Origin: Nitrospinota bacterium
GTDB lineage: Bacteria > Nitrospinota > Nitrospinia > Nitrospinales > VA-1
Direction of reading: 5' to 3'
DNA length: 64,000 nucleotides
NCBI GenBank assembly: GCA_009873655.1
Contig: WAIB01000010.1
Location: 9,078 to 73,077, forward strand
Part shown: piece after piece, positions 58,760 to 64,000 of the stretch
Position numbering within the stretch: position 1 is the first letter of the stretch
How the letters are laid out: every line of letters begins with the position of its first letter
The notes under the pieces: generated by a model
The model's database searches: none
What the model saw: the letters and a program-made list of their open reading frames with translations, nothing else
Told to the model about the DNA's origin: nothing
Position numbers and translations under genes: made by a program

Positions 58760-60181
58760 ATGAAAAAAATTATTATCATTGGTGGCGGTATCGCCGGGTT
58801 GGCTGCTGCGTACCGTTTTCAACGGGAATTATCCGAAGGTGCCGATATGGAATGCATCCTTCTGGAGGGAAACGACCGGTTTGGCGGTAAAATTTCCACG
58901 GAGAAATCAGACGGGTTCGTCATCGAACGCGGCCCCGACTCCTTCATCTCGCAGAAACCGGCAGCCATCCAATTGTGCAAACAACTTGGACTGGATGACC
59001 GGCTTACGGGGACAAACCCGGGAGCACCCAGTACTTTTGTTTATACGGGGGGAAAGCTGGTAACAATGCCGGATGGGCTGAGCCTGATGATTCCCACCAA
59101 GTTTTTGCCCTTCGCCCTGACACCCTTATTCAGTATGCCGGGAAAAATCCGTATGGCCTTTGACCTGTTTATCCCAGGGAAAGAGGACGATTCGGATGAA
59201 AGCCTGGCGTCATTCGTTCGCCGCAGAATGGGAGAAGAAGCCCTAAACAAAATGGCGGAACCCATGCTTGCCGGAATTTATGCCAGTGACCCGGAAAAAA
59301 TGAGTATCAGAAGCACCTTCCCCATGTTTGTGGAAACAGAACGTAAGCACCGTTCCCTCATACTGGGAATGCTGGCCAGAAAGAAAGCCATGTTGATGAA
59401 TGCCGGAAAACGTCCTCCCACTTCCTATTCCCTGTTTATGACTTTAAAAGAAGGGCTGGGTGAAATGGTGGATGCCATTATAAAAAAATCACCCGACGTT
59501 CAGTTTAAATCTGGAACAAAAGTTTCCTCACTGGAGAAAAGACCCGATGGCTGGCATGTGAAACTGGAAAACGGATGGGAACGCCAGGCAGATGCTGTAA
59601 TTATTGCCACCCCGGGAACCATCACTGCAAAAATCCTTCAGCCCATTGCTCCTGACTCTGCTGAAATATTGAAGGGCATAAACTATGTCTCTACCGCAAC
59701 CGTGACTCTGGGTTATAAAAAGGAAGGCTTCTCCCACCCTCTGGATGGATTCGGATTCGTGGTGCCTAAAAAAGAAGGCCGCAGCATTCTGGCCTGTACC
59801 TGGACCTCCTCAAAATTTCCCCACCGCGCACCTGAAGGCTATGTCATGCTGCGCTGTTATCTGGGAGGGGCACTTCAGGAAGAAATAGCCGAAAAGGATG
59901 AGGAAACATTGGAAACTCTGGTTAGAAAAGATCTGCAGGAAATCATGGGAATAAAAGAAACTCCCGTGTTCTGCAAAGTATTTCGAAACCTTAAATCAAA
60001 TGTTCAATATCATGTGAGTCATTCCGAGAAAATTGATTCTGTGATGGAAGATTTAAAAAATTTCCCCGGACTTTTCCTTGCAGGAAGTGCTTATCGCGGA
60101 ATAGGTATTCCGGACTGCATTCAAAATGGAAATCAGGCCGCCGAGGCCACTCTGGAATTTTTAAATGGTAAATCCCCTTAA
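58760..60181 (+). CDS. hemG: FAD-dependent proto/coproporphyrinogen oxidase (HemY-type, often labelled HemG)
   Basis: Motifs IIGGGIAGL, ERGPDSF, EPMLAGIYA, GFGFVVP, CTWTSSKFP, GIGIPDCI. Confidence 0.92.
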   Translation: MKKIIIIGGGIAGLAAAYRFQRELSEGADMECILLEGNDRFGGKISTEKSDGFVIERGPDSFISQKPAAIQLCKQLGLDDRLTGTNPGAPSTFVYTGGKLVTMPDGLSLMIPTKFLPFALTPLFSMPGKIRMAFDLFIPGKEDDSDESLASFVRRRMGEEALNKMAEPMLAGIYASDPEKMSIRSTFPMFVETERKHRSLILGMLARKKAMLMNAGKRPPTSYSLFMTLKEGLGEMVDAIIKKSPDVQFKSGTKVSSLEKRPDGWHVKLENGWERQADAVIIATPGTITAKILQPIAPDSAEILKGINYVSTATVTLGYKKEGFSHPLDGFGFVVPKKEGRSILACTWTSSKFPHRAPEGYVMLRCYLGGALQEEIAEKDEETLETLVRKDLQEIMGIKETPVFCKVFRNLKSNVQYHVSHSEKIDSVMEDLKNFPGLFLAGSAYRGIGIPDCIQNGNQAAEATLEFLNGKSP

Positions 60182-60234
60182 CCGATTTGACATCTAATAG
60201 ATAAATCATTAAGTAACTTCAAAAGGAGCAAACT

Positions 60235-61425
60235 ATGAAATGGGTATCGGCCCTATCAAAACAAACGGATATCGATGCCGCTGTGCAAGAGGCCAGTGAA
60301 GAAATAATCCGGCAATTGGGAAACGACCAGGCGGATTTGACCGTAATATTCGTTGCTCCTCAGTATAGAGATTTTTATGACAAGGTACCCGACCTGGTAA
60401 ATCGATACCTCAAACCCGGCACGCTTTTTGGTTGTTCGGGCGGGGGGATTATTGGAAATGGGCAGGAAGCAGAACAACAGGCAGCCTTCAGCATCACTTG
60501 CGCTAAAATGCCCGGAGTTAAAATCCAGCCCATATATTCGGAAACCCGGGAGCTGCCGGATCAGGACACTTCGCCCTCCGTTTGGCGGGAATGGTTGAAT
60601 GTAAATATTGAAGACCAACCCCACTTTGTTTTTCTTGCTGACCCCTTCTCTTTCCGTGGAGATGAGTTTCTAGCGGGAGTCGATTTCGCATACCCCAATA
60701 GTAAAAAGGTAGGAGGACTCGCCAGTGGTGCGCAATCCATGGGAGGAAACGCTCTTTATCTGGGGGATAAGATCTACAACAAGGGTCTGATTGGCATTGC
60801 ATTGAGCGGTGACATAGAAATCGACACCATCGTAGCGCAGGGTTGCCGACCCATAGGGGAACCAATGAAAATCACCGATTGCCAGGATACATTGCTCAAA
60901 GAGCTCGACGGCAAACCTACATTGGAGGTTTTGCAGGAACTCAACGAAACTCTTTCTGACTCCGACAAAAAACTTTTACAGACTTCTCTCTTTCTGGGTA
61001 TAGAGATGGACCCGATGAAGGACGACCCGCAGCAAGGGGACTTCCTCATCCGCAACTTGATGGGAGTCGATCGGGAAAGTGGAGCTCTCGCCATCGGCGC
61101 ACTCCTGAGAACCGGGCAACTGGTGCAATTCCATCTTCGCGACAAAAAAATGTCTGCCGAAGATCTGGACATGATGCTCACACGCTACCGGTCGCAAGGA
61201 CAAGCTGAAAATGCCAGCGGAGCGTTATTGTTTTCCTGTCTTGGAAGGGGAAAATATCTTTACGGAGAAGAAAACCACGATACCAACATGTTCCGCAACA
61301 AACTGGGACAAATTCCGATAGGGGGATTTTTCTGCAATGGAGAAATAGGTCCGGTGGGGAACACCACATTCCTGCACGGCTACACCAGTTCTTTTGGAAT
61401 ATTCAGAAAAACCAGCCACACCTGA
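60235..61425 (+). CDS. FIST N/C domain protein (NosP-like small-ligand sensor)
   Basis: Motifs GCSGGGII, LADPF, GGLASG, VAQGCRPIG, LLFSCLGRG, GFFCNGEIGP...LHGYT. Confidence 0.88.
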   Translation: MKWVSALSKQTDIDAAVQEASEEIIRQLGNDQADLTVIFVAPQYRDFYDKVPDLVNRYLKPGTLFGCSGGGIIGNGQEAEQQAAFSITCAKMPGVKIQPIYSETRELPDQDTSPSVWREWLNVNIEDQPHFVFLADPFSFRGDEFLAGVDFAYPNSKKVGGLASGAQSMGGNALYLGDKIYNKGLIGIALSGDIEIDTIVAQGCRPIGEPMKITDCQDTLLKELDGKPTLEVLQELNETLSDSDKKLLQTSLFLGIEMDPMKDDPQQGDFLIRNLMGVDRESGALAIGALLRTGQLVQFHLRDKKMSAEDLDMMLTRYRSQGQAENASGALLFSCLGRGKYLYGEENHDTNMFRNKLGQIPIGGFFCNGEIGPVGNTTFLHGYTSSFGIFRKTSHT

Positions 61426-61441
61426 ATAGAAAGGAAAAATT

Positions 61442-61708
61442 ATGGCCGTTGAAGTAAGTGTGTCAACCACTCCCAATGAAAACGCAATGAAGTACACCCT
61501 CAATTGCAATTCCATCGAATCGGGACATAAGACTTATGCCAATGCCGAGGCTGCAGAAGACTCCCCCGTAGCCAAGGCGCTATTTGCAATAGATGGAGTG
61601 AGCCAGGTTTTTCTGATGGCCGATTTCATCTCCGTCACAAAAAAACCTGAAGCCAGTTGGAGCAATCTTGAAGCTTCCATCCTGGAAGCAATTAAATCTT
61701 CATATTGA
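61442..61708 (+). CDS. Stand-alone Nfu/NifU N-terminal domain protein
   Basis: TPNENAMKY, SP.AKALF.IDGV..VF...DFISVTK....W. Confidence 0.85.
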   Translation: MAVEVSVSTTPNENAMKYTLNCNSIESGHKTYANAEAAEDSPVAKALFAIDGVSQVFLMADFISVTKKPEASWSNLEASILEAIKSSY

Positions 61709-61713
61709 CCTGC

Positions 61714-62466
61714 ATGAAAGTCACCATACTGGGTTCAGGTACGGCCGTGCCCTCTTTGCAGCGAAATTCTTCGGGAGTTTTGATTCAGGAAAACGGAGTA
61801 AACTCGCTGGTGGACTTTGGTTACGGAAACCTGAAACAACTCCTCAACCTGGGAATCACCTACCACGATATTAACCGCATATTTTTTACACACAACCATC
61901 CCGACCATATGTGCGATCTCATTCCATTTTTATTTGGGTCGCGCTACCAGTTGGATGCCCGCAAAAAAGATCTCCAGATTGTAGCGGGACCCGGATTCCA
62001 GGAATTCTTCGACAAGCTCATGACGGCCTTTAAACACTGGTTGAAACCCACCGAGTACCAACTGAATATTTTTGAATTGGATGAAGGAGTTTACGAATTT
62101 GAAACTCTGAAAGTCCGGGCGGAAAAAGTGAAACATATTGCCATGAGCCGGGGCTACCGATTTACCAATGGCAAAGGAAAGTCCGTTGCCCTTTCAGGTG
62201 ACACGGATTATTGTCAAGGCATGATCGAATTAGGCAAACAGGCCGATTTGATGATTTTGGAATGCGCCTGGCCTGATGAAGAAAAAACCGAAGGCCATCT
62301 GGGACCGACCCTGGCTGGCAGGCTTGCTTTCGAGGCAGACTGCAAAAAACTCTGCCTCACCCATTTTTACCCCCCCTGTGATTTGGAAGACATTCGAAAA
62401 ACCGTGCAGGAAACTTATAAAGGAGAACTGGTACTGGCCCATGACCTGATGCAGTTTGAGATCTGA
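61714..62466 (+). CDS. Metallo-beta-lactamase fold hydrolase, RNase Z/AtsA-like
   Basis: Motifs ILGSG, DFG, THNHPDH, H, SGDT, EC, GH, LTHFY; ATG 61714. Confidence 0.85.
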   Translation: MKVTILGSGTAVPSLQRNSSGVLIQENGVNSLVDFGYGNLKQLLNLGITYHDINRIFFTHNHPDHMCDLIPFLFGSRYQLDARKKDLQIVAGPGFQEFFDKLMTAFKHWLKPTEYQLNIFELDEGVYEFETLKVRAEKVKHIAMSRGYRFTNGKGKSVALSGDTDYCQGMIELGKQADLMILECAWPDEEKTEGHLGPTLAGRLAFEADCKKLCLTHFYPPCDLEDIRKTVQETYKGELVLAHDLMQFEI

Positions 62467-62467
62467 A

Positions 62468-62620
62468 TCAATTTTTTCCTTCACGGCGGTCTTCAATGAG
62501 GTCCACCGTGAACATGAAAAGCTTGATCAATCCAATCATTGCAAAAATGCCGAGAAGCATTTGCAGTAAAGGGGGAAGGCCTATAATAAATGCTTCAACG
62601 GATTTTAATAAATTCTCCAC
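62468..62620 (-). CDS. Small membrane protein (50 aa), absent from the ORF track
   Basis: GTG start with AGGGA RBS; MENLLKSVEAFIIGLPPLLQMLLGIFAMIGLIKLFMFTVDLIEDRREGKN. It ends 1 nt from the stop of the convergent MBL gene. Confidence 0.6.
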   Translation of the reverse strand: MENLLKSVEAFIIGLPPLLQMLLGIFAMIGLIKLFMFTVDLIEDRREGKN

Positions 62621-63034
62621 AATAATTCCCTGTTTGCAAGATAGTTACTGAAATTAGCATACCTAAGCAGAACCCATTGCGCAATGGAAGTTCACCCATC
62701 CCACCTGTGGGCCCGAAAAAATAAATAGTTCTGTTTTCCAAATTTTGAGATGATTTTTAAATTTCATAATTGCAGATCATGGGACAGGGCTTTCATTTCT
62801 CCACTGAGAATCGCCAATTATCCCTTTAAATCAGAGAGATCAATCAAAACACGGGTTGAACCCCAACCGGCTGCAACATCGAGTCTGGTTGTATGAACGC
62901 ATTGTTTCATAATCTTAAATGGGATTCTTTTGCACGGAAAAATTTCCTTTAAAAAAGGAGGTTTTGCTTTTTTCTCCCTCACGGTAAAAATGGTATAATT
63001 GTTTTATCGTGGAAACGCAAAAAGGGGTCTTTTC

Positions 63035-63541
63035 ATGTTTTCAAAAACATTTTCACACTTTTTACCAGCCATTTTCTTCGTTCTATTTTGTTTTTCAAAC
63101 CCTGTCTGGGCCAAGCCTTTTAAAGATAATAATAACGGCACCGTAACCGACGAAGCCACCGGGTTGGTCTGGCAAAAAGGTGATTCCTATCACGACATTA
63201 AAAAAGGGCTCAACTGGTACGATGCCCTGGAATATATCACTTTAAAAAATTCCGAAAAGTTTGCCGGATATGATGATTGGCGTTTGCCTTCTTTGTCCGA
63301 ACTGAACAATCTTTGGTCCTCTTCAGGAAAAGTAAAAAGCAAAGATGAGGAAACCCTGGGGTTGGCAGCCGAGTTCAAGAGTGGAGGCAGCTACTACATC
63401 TGGACCGGCGAAGAAAGAGGATTGGACCACGCCTGGTATTTTGGCCTGGGACAAAAAGAAAATTATTTCAATTTGAAAGATTTAGCAGATTTAGAACAAG
63501 GTGTAAAAATGGTTCGCCAGCGTAAAGCTGGGCTCCAGTAA
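63035..63541 (+). CDS. Secreted DUF1566 (Lcl C-terminal-like) domain protein
   Basis: Signal peptide (...NPVWA); FKDNNNGTVTD..TGLVWQ, W.DA, AGYDDWRLPS..EL, AWY, VR. Confidence 0.85.
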   Translation: MFSKTFSHFLPAIFFVLFCFSNPVWAKPFKDNNNGTVTDEATGLVWQKGDSYHDIKKGLNWYDALEYITLKNSEKFAGYDDWRLPSLSELNNLWSSSGKVKSKDEETLGLAAEFKSGGSYYIWTGEERGLDHAWYFGLGQKENYFNLKDLADLEQGVKMVRQRKAGLQ

Positions 63542-63637
63542 CAAATGAAAATAAACTAATTAAAGGCCATGTAGTCCGGCCTTACGGTTATCGGCCTATT
63601 GGCCCCATGCCGAGTGGCCTCTCCACAGGAGTGAATA

Positions 63638-64000
63638 ATGAAACGGAAAATAAGTTCCTGCGCTTTTGTATTCGCTTTAATTGTTGGACTTTCTTGGATC
63701 ACCCCTTCCGCTTTTTCTGAAAAAAAACATATGGACCATGGCTCAATGGACCACGGATCGATGGATCACGGTACTATGGACCATTCCAGTCCACCTGCAG
63801 CTTCAGGGGACGAATATCGCGTGAAAGAACCCGCAGAAATGGACCATGGCTCGATGGACCACGGGCACATGGATCACGGAAAAAGCGATGGAAGTATTTT
63901 CAGGACGCTGGGCGCTCATGAGGACATGGGTATGTCCAAACCCGAAAACCTGGACAGCAAAGCCCTTTTAGCCCGGGGTCGCAATATCTTTATGCATATG
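63638..64000 (+). CDS. Exported His/Met-rich (MDHG-repeat) protein, probably a c-type cytochrome; truncated by the window end
   Basis: AGGAG RBS, signal peptide (...PSAFS), two blocks of MDHGx repeats. It ends ...LARGRNIFMHM, the G..IF context that usually precedes CxxCH, but the heme motif itself is outside the window. Confidence 0.7.
   Translation, partial: MKRKISSCAFVFALIVGLSWITPSAFSEKKHMDHGSMDHGSMDHGTMDHSSPPAASGDEYRVKEPAEMDHGSMDHGHMDHGKSDGSIFRTLGAHEDMGMSKPENLDSKALLARGRNIFMHM
63731..63880 (+). repeat. Two blocks of 15-nt repeats encoding MDHGx
   Basis: ATGGAYCAY-initiated units: four at 63731-63790 and three at 63839-63880. Confidence 0.8.

Noticed and set aside
63560-63630. GGCC-rich leader with a small hairpin (AAGGCC...GGCCTT) as a riboswitch
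   Set aside because: I recognise no riboswitch consensus and no expression platform; a 6-bp stem is too weak to call.
63720-63727. A8 tract near the start of the last gene as a phase-variation site
   Set aside because: It is in frame (GAA AAA AAA), and A/T runs of this length are common throughout the window.
1-64000. tRNA, rRNA, integrase, transposase, prophage or anti-phage defence genes
   Set aside because: No cloverleaf or T-loop motifs were seen in the intergenic gaps and no ORF carries the relevant signatures. This was inspection by eye only.

Overview
A gene-dense bacterial chromosomal window with about 60 CDSs. I found no rRNA, tRNA, CRISPR array, transposase or prophage. The gene content (copper nitrite reductase NirK, a five-subunit For/Por-type 2-oxoacid:ferredoxin oxidoreductase of the reductive TCA cycle, Na+-type oxaloacetate decarboxylase, TrkAH) points by inference to a marine chemolithoautotrophic nitrite oxidiser, most like Nitrospinota. 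Most of the window is housekeeping: aroF, glnD, orn, purCB, rnhA, mltA, pcm, hflKC, trkAH, oadABG, rlmB, rpsU, acyP, ric, hemG/Y. Four signals stand out. (1) Three genes at 54.6-57.9 kb encode secreted proteins sharing a domain I cannot name, one fused to an M12B metalloprotease. A perfect 102-bp inverted repeat flanks the middle gene so that an inversion would move it, with its RBS spacing intact, from one transcription unit to the other. (2) Two copies of a 39-nt element (11883-11921 and 15474-15512) each split a palindromic hairpin with no target duplication, and an apparent empty site lies at 11776-11789. (3) A candidate sRNA with anti-Shine-Dalgarno motifs lies at about 10.53-10.64 kb. 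(4) Smaller oddities include an amidase missing catalytic residues, a secreted 22-aa-repeat charged protein, an MDHG-repeat probable cytochrome c and a 12-6-12 palindrome upstream of ric. All functional calls come from motif recognition by eye, and no database searches were run.
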